Below are positions 12,101 through 27,100 of a stretch of 64,000 nt of DNA, one piece after another. Both the position numbers and the translations under genes were made by a program. The DNA lies in contig JANJGN010000052.1 of assembly GCA_026770705.1 (NCBI GenBank), forward strand, positions 3,162,001 to 3,226,000. Reading direction: 5' to 3'. Positions within the stretch are counted from its first letter, which is position 1. Each line of letters begins with the position of its first letter. The notes beneath the pieces are model-generated. The model was not told the origin of the DNA. It saw only the letters and a list, made by a program, of their open reading frames with translations, and made no database searches. The DNA is from Isurus oxyrinchus (Eukaryota).

Positions 12101-15100
12101 TCCAATTTGACCAAGTGTTGCCATTGTCACATGAGGTCAGGTGATTCAAAGCTTGGTCAAAGGGGTAAGTTGTACACAGCATCTTAGAGGAGGTAGAGAG
12201 AGAGGTGGAGAGGTTGAGGGAGGGAATTCTCGAGTTTAGGGATCAATCCAGCTGAGTGGAGATCGATCCTGAGCGATTCTGTCACCTTTGACCCACAGAT
12301 ACACCTTGAACATGGCTTCCCCATGTGGGTTTTGAACTGAGCAGGATGCCATCACTCCCCCCTCATCCTGGGGTCTCATCAGGGTGAGGGAACCAGTCAC
12401 CAGATGCCCATCTCTGACCTGCCACGACACAAAACCTCCGTGTGTTTGGTTACCACTGATGTTTGCACTGGGCAGGTGCCAGGTGAGGTCTCCCGGTGGG
12501 TTGGATTCAGCCACACAGACACAGGTGACCCCCTCTGACCTCTGAGTGCACTCCGATTGCTGGGAAATCTCCGGCTTATCTGAGGAGGGAAGGACAACAA
12601 TGAGACAACGTCTTGGCAAAGTTAGAGCGTAAGATAGAATCTTCACACTGAAACATTCATTCCTGCCTTTGTTACCTCCGCACTCGACTATCCCAACACT
12701 CTCCTGCCCGACCTCCCATCTTCCACTCTCCATAAACATCAGCTCATCCCAAACTCTGCTGTCTCCATGTCCTAACTCACACCGAGTCCCGTTCACACAT
12801 CACTCCCTGTTGGTCACTGAGCTACACTGGCTCCCGGTCCGACAATGACACAATTTTAAAGTTAACATCGTTTCAAATCCCTCCTTACCCCCTCCCTATC
12901 TCTGTAACCTCCTCCAGCCCCTATAACCCTCCCTATCTCTGTAACCTCCTCCAGCCCCTACAACCCTCCGAGATCTCTGTGCTCCTCCAATTCCGGCCTC
13001 TTGACCATCCCCCGATTACTATCGCTCCACCATTGGCGGCCGTGCCTTCAGCTGCCTGGGCCCCGAGCTCTGGAATTCCCTCCGTAAACCTCTCCATTTC
13101 TATCTCTCTCCTCATTTCAGACACTCCTTAAAATCCGGCCTCTTTCTCTGAGCTTTCAGTCCCTGTTCTAACATCTCCTTCTGTATCTCGGAGAGGCGCA
13201 GGGTGAAAAAAGCAGGGAGGTGATGCTAGTTATGCTAAACCACAGCAAGGAAGCTGCCCTCAGACAGAAAGTGTTTGAGTTTTAAGCAGAGACAGGGGGA
13301 GTAAAATGCTTACATTGTACGTTCAGGTGGGTGATGTTGGAGGTGCTGTTACCCACCGGGTTCCTCGCTGTGCAGTAGAAACCTGCATCATTCTCCCGTG
13401 TTACAGGAGTGAAGGAGAGAGTGCGGCTACTTGTGTTTAACTGGGTGCTGGTGTTCCCCTCGATCCTGAACCAGGTGTAATGAGATATCGGTGGGACACT
13501 TTCACTGGAGCAGGTTAATGTGATATTGCTTCCCTCTCTTATCCCACCTGAGGATCTGCTGATGGACACCATCGTCTCCTGTGGGGGATCTGGAACAAAG
13601 ACAGAGAACAATCAGCAGGTAATCCCCACACCCCACAGCTCTCCGAAATCTCTGTGCTCCTCCAATTCCGACCCCTTGCACATTCTCCCATTCCCATCTC
13701 TCCACCATTGGCGGCCGTGGCTTCAGCTGAGAAACCCTCCAGTCCAGTCACTAGTGCGGAGTTCAGATCCCCTCCCACATTCTTTCTCTGGGACATCGAT
13801 GACTGTTTCGATGCTGCTTCATGCTCAGTCTGCACCTGGGAAGATTTATCTATTTTGCTTCCAAGTTTCCCCCCTCCATCATTCTCACAGGGTCCATCTC
13901 TGACACTTCCCTTCCCTTCCTTGATCTCCCTGTCTCAACTTCTGGTGATAGACTGTCCACCAATATCCATTACAAGCCCACTAACCCCCACACAGACCTC
14001 GAATTCAGCTCCTCACACCCCGCTTCCTGTAAGGACTCCATCCCATTCTCTCAGTTCCTTCGCCTCTGTCGTATCAGATCCGATGATGCCACTTTCCAAA
14101 ACAGCCCTTCTGACATGTCCTGCGTCTTCATTAACCAAGGTTTCACACCCATGGTGGGTGAGGGGGCCCTGAACCATGTCTGGCCCATCTCCCATGCATC
14201 CGCCCTCACACCTTCCTCTCCCTCCCTGAACCATGATGAGGTCCCCCTTGTCCTCACTTATCACCCCACCAGCTTCTGCATTCAAAGGATCATCCTCCGC
14301 CATTTCCGTCAACTCCAGCATGATGCCACCACCAAACACATCTTCCTTTCACCGCCCACTGTTGGCAATCCATAGGGATCGTTCTCTCCAGGACACCATG
14401 GTCCATTCCTCCATCACCCTCAACACCTCAACCTCCACCCATGGCATCTTCTCATGCAATTACAGAAGGTGCAACACCTGCCCCTTTACTTCCCCCCTTC
14501 TCACCGTCCAAGGGCCCAAACACTCCTTCCAGGTGAAACAGCATTTAACTTGCACTTCCCTCAATTTGTTCTACTGCATTCGCTGCTCCCAATGCGGTTT
14601 CCTCTACATTGGAGACACCAAACGGAGATTGGGTGACAGCTTTGCAGAAGACCTTTGGTCTGTCCACAAGCATGACCCAGACCTCCCTGTCACTTGCCAT
14701 TTTAACCCTCCACCCTGCTCTCATGCCCACATGTCCGTCCTTGGCCTGCTGCATTGTTCCAGTGAAGCCCAACACAAACTGGAGGAACAGCACCTCATCT
14801 TCCGACCTGGCACTTTACAGCCTTCCGGTCTGAATATTGAGTTCAACAATTTCTGGTCATGAACTCTCTCCTCGATCTTCACTGCTTTTTGAACCCTTTT
14901 TTATGTATTCATTTTAATTGTTTTATTTGTTAACTGTTTTCCACTTATTTTTATTATTATTATTTGAAATTCATTTCCATTTTTATTGATTGTTTTATAC
15001 GCAGATTTTAGTCTATTTTCGATCTTTATTCCCTCCACTGTCTCCTCCCCCTGCCACACCCCCACGAGGGCCATCTGTCTCTTTCCAGAGTGCTTACCCT

Positions 15101-18100
15101 GGTCCGCCCATTATCACACTCTGCTTAATGTCACCATTAGCACCTCCTTTATCCAATACCACCACTGTTAACAACCCTTTGACCTTTTGTTTATGACACC
15201 TTCCACAATCTCTCCATTGCCTCCACCTATCGCTGGTTTTCTATCCAGCTCCACCTGTCCCATCGCCCCCCCTTAGACAGGATATATTTCACCACATGTC
15301 TACTTCCCTTTAGCTCTGAAGAGGAGTCTTACGGACTCCAAACGCTAACCCTGTCTTTCTCTCCACAGATGCTGCCAGATGCTCAGAATCAGCTGGATGG
15401 ACAGAAAGACCAATGAGTGACTTAGATCAAGAGGAGACGTTCAGCAATTAAAAGGGTTGTTCAGGACAGTTAGAGAGAGAAAGGTCGTCAAGTACGGAGA
15501 TTGGAAACGAAGACCTGACAGCCTTGTCCTCACAACCATTGAAGGAGAAACTGAGAGCAAAAACAGAAAGGGAGAGGAAAAATTGGGTGTGTGGATAACG
15601 TGGACTGAGCGAGGATTGAAGAAAACTGGATTAAAAACAACACGATCCCAATGGCTCCACGGAGACCACGGAGACAACAAACAAACAAATGTATCTCCAC
15701 ACTCACATTCCACAGTGATGGTTATGAACCCCTCCACTGCTCCATGTTCATTCTCTGCCACACACTGATAGTCTCCAGTGTCCCTGGATGTAACGTGAGG
15801 AATCACCAACCACAGCTCATTGTTGGAACTTGTTCTGTTCATTGGGACATTAAGATGTCGCCACGTCAGGTTAGAAGCTGGGAAGCTCTCGACAGAGCAG
15901 ATTATCACTGCAGAATTCCCCTCAATTATGTTGATGGATGAAGCGTTAATCATATCAAGAGAATTAATTGATAGGTTCCGTGGTGCATCTAAATACAAAT
16001 AAAGGTTTCATTGTGAGCAAACACAGTGCACAGCAAGACTCCAGGTATCATCTCTCTCCATCTGGTGTCTATGTGCATGTCAAGGCTTCTTTCCCCATTA
16101 TGATTTTCTATGTCACCATTTGTAACAGACACTGCCAGTGTGTTCCTTTTTGCATATTCATGGGAAGTGGATGTATCTATCTAGACCAGCATTTATTACC
16201 CATCCCTAATTGCCCTTGAGGAGGTGGTGGTGAGTTTTTCACCCCCACAGAATTGCCAGCCTCTGACCGGCTCCTGTAGCCACAGTATTTATGGCCGGTC
16301 CAGTTCGGTGTTTGGTTAACATCCCCCAGGATGTTGATCGTGGGGGATTCAGCGATGGGAAAGTGATTGAATATCAAGGGGAGATGGTTAGATTCTCTCT
16401 TGTTGGACATGATCACTGCCTGGTGCTTGTGTGGTGTGAACATTACTTGTCATTTCTCAGCCCAAGCTGAGTGTTGTTCAGCTCTTGCTGCGTGTGGATA
16501 TGTAAACTGTCACGCTGTAATTACAGCCTTCCACCAGAGGAGACACTTTTGGGCTAGAAGAAAAGAAAGTGTCTTTCACATGATCAGGATGTTCACGGAG
16601 ATTTCACCATGGAGGAATTGCTTTGGAATAATGGGGTATTGGGTGATAAACCTACAATTCACTGTTCAGGAGGTTGCTCCATCCAATTCAGTGTCTTGAT
16701 GATCTGCAGTTTACCTTCCTTCAACACAGAATCAGAGCTGCTACCGAGACTCGAGTGCAGCACTGAGAGAGGNNNNNNNNNNNNNNNNNNNNNNNNNNNN
16801 NNNNNNNNNNNNNNNNNNNNNNNNNNNNNNNNNNNNNNNNNNNNNNNNNNNNNNNNNNNNNNNNNNNNNNNNNNNNNNNNNNNNNNNNNNNNNNNNNNNN
16901 NNNNNNNNNNNNNNNNNNNNNNNNTCACATTCCACAGTGATGTTTATGAATCCCTCCACTGCTCCATGTTCATTCTCTGCCACACACTGATAGTTTCCAG
17001 TGTCCTTGGATGTAACGTGAGGAATCACCAGCCACAGCTCATCGTTGGAACTTGTTCTGATCAGTGGGACATTAAGATGTCGCCACGTCAGGTTAGAAGC
17101 TGGGAAGCTCTCGACAGAGCAGATTATCACTGCAGAATTCCCCTCAATTATATTGATCCATGAAGCGTTAATCATATCAAGAGAATTGATTGAGAGATTC
17201 CGTGGTGCATCTAAAAACATATAAAGATTTTAACGTGAGCAAACATAGTGCACAGCAAGACTCCATGCATCATGTCTCTGTATCTGATGTCTGTATGCAT
17301 TTCCAGGTACCTTCCCTCAAGATATTTTCCTATGTCACATTTACAATGGGCACTGCCTATGTAAACTGTCACACTGCAGGAGCATTCTCCCACCAGAGAC
17401 CCTGCCCATCCAGATTTAAAGAAACTCCCTTTCACATCCTCAGAATGTCCCCAAGGGCTTGACAGGCAATGATTGTATTTGATCGATGGAGCACTGAGGG
17501 GTAAATCTACAATTCTCTGTTCAGGAGGTTGCTCATCCAATTCAGGGTCTTGTTGATCTGGAGTTTACCTTCCTTCAGCACAGAATCGGAGCTGACACCG
17601 AGACTCCAGTGCAGCACTGANNNNNNNNNNNNNNNNNNNNNNNNNNNNNNNNNNNNNNNNNNNNNNNNNNNNNNNNNNNNNNNNNNNNNNNNNNNNNNNN
17701 NNNNNNNNNNNNNNNNNNNNNNNNNNNNNNNNNNNNNNNNNNNNNNNNNNNNNNNNNNNNNNNNNNNNNNNNNNNNNNNNNNNNGTGTGTTGTGTATGTG
17801 TGCGTGTGCATGTGAATGTGCGTGCTTACGTGTGTGTGTGTATGCGTGTGTGTGTGTGTGTGCGTGTGTGTGCATGTGCGTGTGTGCAGGTGTGTGTGTG
17901 TTGTGTGTGCGTGTGTGTTGTCTGTGTGCGCGTGTGCGTGTGNNNNNNNNNNNNNNNNNNNNNNNNNNNNNNNNNNNNNNNNNNNNNNNNNNNNNNNNNN
18001 NNNNNNNNNNNNNNNNNNNNNNNNNNNNNNNNNNNNNNNNNNNNNNNNNNNNNNNNNNNNNNNNNNNNNNNNNNNNNNNNNNNNNNNNNNNNNNNNNNNN

Positions 18101-21100
18101 NNNNNNNNCATGTGTGTGTGTGTCTGTTGGTGCGTGTGTGGTCTGTGTAACCTGTAAACCTAACCCTTCCACACTGATGGTCACGAACACCCCCCACTGC
18201 CAACAAATTTATCTCAGTAAGGAACATGGCACTGCCAACCCCGTCAATACCATCTTCTAAACGGGGGATTGGGTAGGAATCTGGTTTTATTGCTGCATTA
18301 ACCTTTCTGTAATGTATGCAGAATCTGGTTGGAAATGAAATACCTGCTCCTTTTTACCTCCCTCCCTACGATGGTATCGTTTTAACATATTGATGTGTCA
18401 CAGCCGATTCTTTATTCTACAATCTGGGGTGTCTATCAAATAATTTACTTGACCAACCCTCCTAATTACCTTGTGGGGACCACTGAACCACGCTTTCAGA
18501 GGCTCCCCCTGCCAAGGCAATGATACTAACACGTCATCCCCCTGGTTGTGATGTTCGGGTCACAGCTTGCCTGTCTGCCCCATTCCTTCATTTCTGTTTG
18601 AGAAACTATAAGATGTTCTTGTGCCACTTTGGAGGCTCCTATGAGCCGTTCCTGAAACATGGACACATCATCTGAAATAGAGGATTCATCCCTCTGTCCG
18701 GAATATCTTTCTTTGATGTATTTCAGACAGCCTCTTATCTCGTGTCCATAAGTTATTCCAAAAAGACTAAAACCTGCCGATTCATTTGGTGAATCTCGTG
18801 TGGGAAATACAAGAAAATCCAGTCCTTTGTCCCAGTCATGGGGAGTTCATGACAATAGCTTCAATCATTGTTTTGAGGGTTTGTTGGTCCCTCTCTAAAG
18901 ATCCCCGTGTCTATGGATGATATGCTGTGGACTTTAACTGTTTTATACCCAAATTACTCATTATGTTCGGAAAATTTTAAGACATAGAGATGGAACCTTG
19001 ATCTGACTGGATCTCCAGCAGTAATCCATAATGGGTAAAAAATTGGGTTAACTTCCCTATTACTACTTTAGCTGTAATTGTTCCTAAAGGGATGGTCTCT
19101 GGAAATCGATTTGTCATATCCATCATAGTGAGGCCATACTGGAGTCCGGCTTTCATTTTCGATAATGGTCTAACACAGTTCACTAATGCTCGTATCCAAT
19201 GGTAACGGACAATTAGCTCACTGGAGGAGGGGAATCCACAAATATCCCCATCCTCAATGAAGGGGGAGCCCAGCACATCAGGGCAAAAGATAAGGCTGAA
19301 GCATTTGCTACAACAATTATCCATTTCTGTCTGGCGTAAAAATAAGTCAGGAAATGGTGCTCAACCAGGGCTTACAAAAGAAATTAGGGATAGTATTAGA
19401 TCCAGAGAGGAGACATAAAATTGCCAGGGGAAGCAGCAATGCTGAGGATTGGGAGCAGTTTAGAATTCAGCAAAAGTGGACAAAAAGATTGATCAAGAAG
19501 GGGAAAATGGAACATGGGAGTAAACTTGCAGGGAACGTAAAAACCGACTGTAAAAGCTTCTATAAATATGTGAAGAGAGGAAGATTAGCAGTGACCGATG
19601 TAGGTTCCTTGCAGTCAGAAATGGGGGAAATTCTAATGAGAAAAAAAGAAATGGCAGAAGAACTGAACATATATTTTGGTTCTGTCTTCACAAAAGAGGA
19701 CACAAATAATTTCCCAGGAATGTTAGGGAACCAAGTGTCTAGTGAGAGGGAGGAATTGAAGATAATCAGGATTAGTTTTAAAAAATGAATCTGGAGAGAT
19801 TAATGGGTTAAAGGTTGAACAGTCCCCAGGGCCTGAAAATCTACATCCCAGAGACTAACGGAAGTGACCCTGGAAATATTGGAAGCACTGGTGGTCATCC
19901 TCCAAAATTCTATAGGCTCTGGAGCAGTTCCTATAGATTGGAGGGTGGCAATTGTAACCCCACTATTTAAAATAGAAGGGAGAGAAAAAAACTGGGAATT
20001 ACAGATCAGTTAGTCTAACATGGGGAAAACGCTAGAGCCTATTATATAAGGTGTGCTAACGGAACGCTTGGAAAGCATTAATGGGATTAGACAAAGTCAG
20101 CATGGGTTAATGAAAGGAAAATCATGCTTAACTAATCTACTGGAGATTTTGAGGATGTAACTTGTGGAATAGATAAGGGATAACCAGTGGATGTGGTGTT
20201 TTTAGATTTCAAGAAGGCTTTTGATAAGGTCCCACATAAGAGGCTAGTGGGCAACATTAAAGCCCATGGGATTGGGGGTAATTTACTGGCATGGATTGAG
20301 AATTGGTCGACAGACAGGAAACAGAGGGTCAGAATAAATTAGTCTTTATCTGAGTGGCAGGCGGTGACTAGTGGTGTACCACAGGGATCCGTGCTTGGGA
20401 CCTAACTATTCACGATATATTTAAATGACTTGGGTGAGGGAGCCAAGTGCAATATTTCCAGGTTTTCTGATGACACAACGCTGGGTAAGGGTGTGAGCTG
20501 TGAGGAGGATGCAAAGAGGCTTCAAGGCGATTTAGACATGTTGTGTGTGTGGGCAAACACATGGCAGATGATGTGGATGAATGTGACATTGTAGGCTTTG
20601 GTGTGAAAAACAGAAAGGCAGAGTATTATTTAAATGGTGATATAATGGGAAATGTGGATGTACAAAGGGATCTGGGTGTCCTTGTGCACTAGCCAATGAA
20701 AGTAAACAGGCAGGTGCAGCAAGTAATTCGGAAGGCAAATGGTATGTTGGCCTTCATTGCAAGAGGATTTGTGTTCAGGAGTAGGGATGTCTTACTGCAG
20801 TTATACAAGGTCTTGGTGAGACTGCACATGGGATACTACGTGCCGATTTGCTCTCCCTCCCTAAAAAAGGATAGACTTGCTGTCGAGAGAGCGCAGAGAA
20901 GGTTCTCTAGGCTGATACCAGGGGCGGCAGGACTGTCGTATGAGGAGAATTGGTACGACTGGGTCTGTATTCACTAGAGTTTAGAAGAATGAGAGGAGAC
21001 CTGAATAAACGTAAGAAATTCTAACAGAGATAGACAGACTGGATGGAGGGAGGATGCATCCCTTGGTTGGGGAGTCTAAAACCAAGGGCGACAATCTCAG

Positions 21101-24100
21101 GATACAGGGCAGGCCATTTTGGACTGAGATAGGGAAACATTTCTTCACTCAGAGGGTGGTCAATCTGTGGAATTCTCCATCACAGAGGCTGTGGAGGCCG
21201 GGTCACTGAGTGTATTCAAGAAAGAAACTGATAAATATTTTGATATTAGGGGCATCAAAGGGTACGGAGAGAAAGCGGGAATAAGGCTTTGAGATAGAGG
21301 GTCAGCCTTGATCATATTGAATGGCGGAGAAGGCTTGAAGGGCTGAATGTCCTAATCCTGCTCCTAGTTTCTATGTACCTAGGTATCTATAGAACTATCT
21401 CTCTCCGTGTTCTATTCTCATGTGACCTTGAGTAACTGATGATAAATACTATCTATTTACATTGTTAATATTAAACTTTTATACTACATCTCCCCCAAAA
21501 TCTTTGACATCAATGAAGACAATATTTATATTATCCTATATTGTCTTTTAAGTTCAACCTTGGCCCCCTCTGCCTTATCAGGTAGGCATAAACAATCCCA
21601 AGGCTCAATACAGGAAGAGCTCTCCCTGGTCAATATCACTAATAAAAAAGGACCTGTTTTGTCTTCAACCCAGTGATGTTTGTGGGATCTTGCTCTGCAC
21701 ATTGTATCCTATTACAGCTAATATAGAATCAAGGGTGTCAGTACTTACCTTGTACAGTTAGTACAAGGGTCCGCTCCGATGAAACAGATGGATATCTCAC
21801 TCTGCAGCTGAGAGTGTGTCCGTGGTGTTTGAGTGATGGGATCAGGGTCAGAACAGAAGTATAGGTCAGAGTGACACCATGCTGAGTTACAGTGTTTGAC
21901 ACTGATCCAGGTACGTCAGTGGGAGTGTCCCAGGTTAAGACAGGTGCTGCTGTTCCATTGCACGTTGTGTTGAAGGTGCAGCTTACATCCACACGCTTTC
22001 CTGCAATAATTTCAGCAGGGAATATCGTGGGTTTATCTGTGAAATCTAACACACAGAGAATGGATCCTTTTAGAGAAATATAACGTGAAGCATCAGTTCA
22101 AATAGAAATCACAGTCCCACAAGAGAAAGCACTTTTACAAGGATGATATCAGAACTGAGAGATTACAATGATCAGGAGAGAATTTCCTATTTTCAGACTT
22201 AGTGGAGTTTCTGTCACTCAGATGAATTCACTTCCACTTTGAGACAATTGAATTGACAATCCCGGGTGAGGGTGGGGGATCAGCTCACAGTTCCTGACAC
22301 ACTGGCTTGTTACTTTCTCCGAAATCTGCCAGATTTAAATTCTATCCAGTTCCCAGCAGGAGAGAATCCATTTGAACCAATCACTGAACCGGCATTTAAA
22401 GCAGACGATCAGGTTATTGATCACATTGCTGTTTCTGGGAGCTTCCTGTGCACAAATTGGCTGCTGTGTTTCCCAGATTACAACAAGGGCTACATTTCAA
22501 GAATTATTTCAATGGTTGTGAATCCATTTGCGACGTCCAGAGGTGGTGAAAGGTGCTATAGAAATGCAAATCTTTCTTTTGTTGATATGTAAAAGTTTTA
22601 AACAGGATTAGGGAGATTGATGTAAGTGGATAACCTGATAACATTGATGGACACAGTCAATACATTTAATCATTGATATTAAAGTGGTATTAGAGGTTGT
22701 TTTAGGACTGAACTGGAAGCTATTAGCAGGTTATTGAGAATCAGACAGTGTGTTATAATAAGCTGTGTTTTGTGTTAATATGTAAACGTCACAGTTTGTG
22801 TTATTTCCCATTGAGTGTTGGATGTGAATTGTTGAGTAATTATAACACAGCACTTACCAGAAACGTGAAGCTGGGTAACAGGGTAATAGTTATGGCTCGG
22901 ACCATTGTCAAATTCTATTCTGAAAAAATAAGGTCCTTCATCTTCCCGTCTGATGTTGTTTATAATCAGGGAACAGTCGCCATCTTTCAGGTCTCCAGAC
23001 AGCCGGGTCCGATGGTGGAACCGTGGTAACTCGTGACTGTGATCCTTGGAGTGAAAGGCAATGGGAGCCCAGGGAATCTGTTTCTCATTATTAAACCAGA
23101 CTCCACCTCGCGGTTGGTTTTCCAGACACGATGGATAACTGTAATGACATGGAATCTGTACACACGAACCTTCCTGCGCTGTCACCTCTCGTGGACTGTC
23201 ACCTTTCCACTCTTGTGAGGGTTTATCTGGGGAGAGAAATCTCAATATTTAACTCTGAATGGTTTGTGGATCCACTAGACTCAAAATTTACAGATGAGGC
23301 TGAATTGGGGGGATGGTCAATACTGAGGAGAATGGCAACAAATTATTTTGGCAGGAAGAATAGAAAAACAGGATATTATTTAAATGGAGACAGGCTGCAG
23401 AATGCAGTACAGAGGGATCTGGGTGTCCTTGTACATGAATCACAGAAAGTCAGCATTCAGGATCACCACGGAATGAGGAAGGCAAGTGGAATGTTGGCCT
23501 TTATTGCAAAGGGATGGAGTCTAAAAGGAGGGAAGTCTTGCAACAGCTGCACAGGGTGAGATTGTATCAGGAGCAGTGTGTACAGTTCTGGTCTCCTTAC
23601 TTATGGAGGGATAGAGTTGCATTGAAGGCAGTTCAGAGAAGCTTCACTGGGCTGATACCTGGGATTAAAGGGTTTGTCCTGTGAGGAAATGTTGAGCAGG
23701 TTGGGCCTGTATCCATTGGAGTTTAGAAGAATGAGGGGTGACCTTATTGAAACATATCCGATTCCGAGAATGCTTGACAGGGTGGATACTGGGAGGATGT
23801 TTCCCCCTCGTGGGGGAATCTAGAACCAGGGAGCACAGTTTCGGAATGAGGGCTCTCCCATTTAAGACTGAGATGAGGAGGAATTTCCTCTCTCAGAGGG
23901 GCGCTAGCCTGTGGAATTCTCTTCCCCAGAGAGCAGTGGAGGCTGGGCCATTGAATAGACTCAAGGCTGAGTGAGGCAGGTTTTTGATCGACAAGGGAGT
24001 CAAGGGTTTGGGGGACAGGCAGGAAAATGGAGTTAAGGCCACAACCAGATCAGTGAGAGCAGGCTCGAGGGGCCGAATGGCCTGCTCCTGTCCCTATTTC

Positions 24101-27100
24101 TTATGTTCCTACATTCTTACCTTCTTAAAATATTAAAGCTGCAGAATAAACATGCAAGTGACTGACCCGCTCGACCCACCTTCCATCAGGGGCTGGAGGA
24201 GGTTACACAGATAGGGAGGTTTGTGGGGGCTGGAGGAGGTAACAGAGATAGGGAGGGCTGTAGATGCTGGAGGAGGTTACGCAGATAGGGAGGGTGGTAG
24301 GACCTGGAGGAGGTTGCAGAGATAGGGAGGGCTGTAGGGATTTGAGGAGTTTATGGAGATGGGGAGCGCGTAGGGACTGGAGGACGCTGCAAGGGCAGAG
24401 AGGGTTTTAGGGGCAGGAGGAGTTTACAGGGATAGGAAGAGTTGTAGGGGCTGGACGGATTGCAGAGGTAGGGAGGGTTGGAAAGGCTGGTGGAGGTTTC
24501 AGAGGTAGGGAAGGTTGCAGGGACTGGAGGATTTACAGAGATGGGGGAGTTTTTGGGGCAGGATGGGGTTACAGAGATAGGGAGGGTTGTAAGGGCAGGA
24601 CGAGGTTACATAGATATGGAGTGTGGCTGGGGCTGAGGGAGGCTACAGAGTTAGGGAGGGTTATAATGGCTGGAGGAGGTTACAGAGATAAAGGAAACTC
24701 TTAGGGACTGGAGGAGGTTACAGAGATAGGGAGGGTTGTAGTGGGCTGGAGGAGGTTACAGAAATATGAAGGGTTGTAAGAGATGGACCAGCTTACAGAG
24801 ATAGGGAGAGGTATTCGGTCTGGAGGAGGTTGCAGAGATAGGGGAGGTTGTTAGGACTGGAGGAGGCTACATATATCGCGAGGGTTATCGGGGCTTGAGG
24901 AGGTTAAAGAGATAGGGAGGGGTGTTGGGTCCGGAGGAGTTTGCAGTGATAGGAATGGTTTTCGGGATTGGAAGAGAGTACTGAGATAGGAGGGTTGTAG
25001 GGACTGGAGGAGTCTCCTGAGATAGGGAGGGTTGTAGGGACTGGAGGAGGCTCCTGAGATAGGGAGGGTTGTAGGGACTGGAGGAGGCTCCTGAGATAGA
25101 GAGGGTTGTAGGGACTGGAGGAGGCTCCTGAGATAGGGAATGTTGCCGTGGATGAAGATAAAGGAGGAGATTACTGTAATAGGGAGGAAAAATATTCAAA
25201 AATTTGGACATTGAGACTTTGCTTGACCAGGAGCCAGTCTCGGTCATCGAGCAGAGCGGGTGATAAGGGAACGGGACTTGGTGTGAGTAAGGACGTGGTC
25301 AGCAGTTTTGGATGGCCTCAAGTTTATGGAGTGTAGAGCATGTGTTGGAACAGTCGAGTCTGGAGGTAATGAAGGCGTGGATGAGGGTTTCAGCAGCAGA
25401 TGAGCTGAGACAGGGTGAAGTCGTACGACGTTATGGAGGTGGAAATAGACGGTGTTAGTGAGGGCGCAGATATGAGGCCGGAAGCTCATCTCAGGATCAA
25501 ATGGGACAACAAAGCTGTGAACAGATTGGCTTCAATCTCAGAGAGCTGCCAGGGAGAGGAATGGAGTTGGTAGCGAGGGAACAGAGTTTGGAGCGGGGAA
25601 TGAAGACAATGGCTTCAGTCTTTCCAATATTTAATTGGAGGGAATTTCTGCCCATCCAGTACTGGATGTCGGATAAGCAGCCTGATAATTTAGCAGCAGT
25701 GGAGGAGTCGAGAGAGGTGGTGGTGAGGTAGAGCTGGGGATCCTCAGTGGACAGGTGAAAGCTAACACTGTTCAGATGATGCTGCAAAGCCATTGCAAGT
25801 GATTCTCTGGCTACGATGAGATGGATAAGAATGGAGCCAGGGGAGAGCAGTCCCACCCAGCTGGACGACAGTGGACAGGTGTTGGAGGAGGATGGTGTGG
25901 TCGAGCGTGTCAAAGGCTGCAGACAGATCGAGAAGGAGGAGGAGGGAAAGTTGACCTTTGTCACAGTCACACAGGATGCCATTTGTGACCTTGATAAGAG
26001 CTGTTTCAGCACAGTGGCTGGGGTGGGAACCTGATTGGAGGGATTCAAACATGGAGTTCCGGGAAAGATGGAACCGGATTCGGGAGATGGAAACACGTTC
26101 AAGGACTTTGGAGGGGAAAGAGAGGCTGGAGATGGGACGGGGGTTTACACGGACAGTGTGAGGGGTGGAAGGTGTAGTGGGGAGGAGACACTTCACTCAG
26201 GGGGGAGGTGTCATCACCCCTCAGCTCGGTTTACGTTACAGCTATGATGTGGATTCAATCACACACAATAAGCTCATGGATCTGGGAGCAGAAATAGACA
26301 AATCATTAAAAATAGTGACGCTGGTTAACACGGCCAAAAAACAAGCAAATCAAACACTATTATTTCCCATTGAGTGTTGAATGTGAATTGTTGAGTAATT
26401 ATAACACAGCACTTACCAGAAACGTGAAGCTGGGTTACAGGGTAATAGTTATGTCTCGGACCATTGTCAAATTCTATCCTGAAAAAATAAGGTCCTGCAT
26501 CTTCCTGTCTGATGTTGTTTATAATCAGGGAACAGTCGCCATCTTTCAGGTCTCCAGACAGCCGGGTCCGATGGTGGAACCGTGGTAACTCGTGACTGTG
26601 ATCCTTGGAGTGAAAGGCAATGGGAGCCCAGGGAATCTCTTTCTCATTATTAAACCAGACTCCACCTCGCGTTTGGTTTTCCAGACACGATGGATAACTG
26701 TAATGACATGGAATCTGTACACACGAACCTTCCTGCGCTGTCACCTCTCGTGGAGTGTCGCCTTTCCACTCTTGTGAGGGTTCAGCTGGGGAGAGAAATA
26801 TCAATATTTAACTCTGGATGGTTTGTGGATCCACTAGACTCAAAATTTACTGATGAGGCTGAATTGGGGGGATGGTCAATACTGAGGAGAATGGCAACAA
26901 ATTATTTTGGCAGGAAGAATAGAAAAACAGGATATTATTTAAATGGAGACAGGATGCAGAATGCAGTACAGAGGGATCTGGGTGTCCTTGTACATGAATC
27001 ACAGAAAGTCAGCATTCAGGAACACCACGGAATGAGGAAGGCAAGTGGAATGTTGGCCTTTATTGCAAAGGGATGGAGTATAAAAGGAGGGAAGTCTTGC

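Noticed and set aside
16609-18260. ORFs spanning N-runs and TG repeats
   Set aside because: Artefacts of ambiguous bases and microsatellite
25497-26196. Conserved 201-aa and 144-aa ORFs in three copies
   Set aside because: Frameshifted L2-like RT fragments carried along by the V duplication unit
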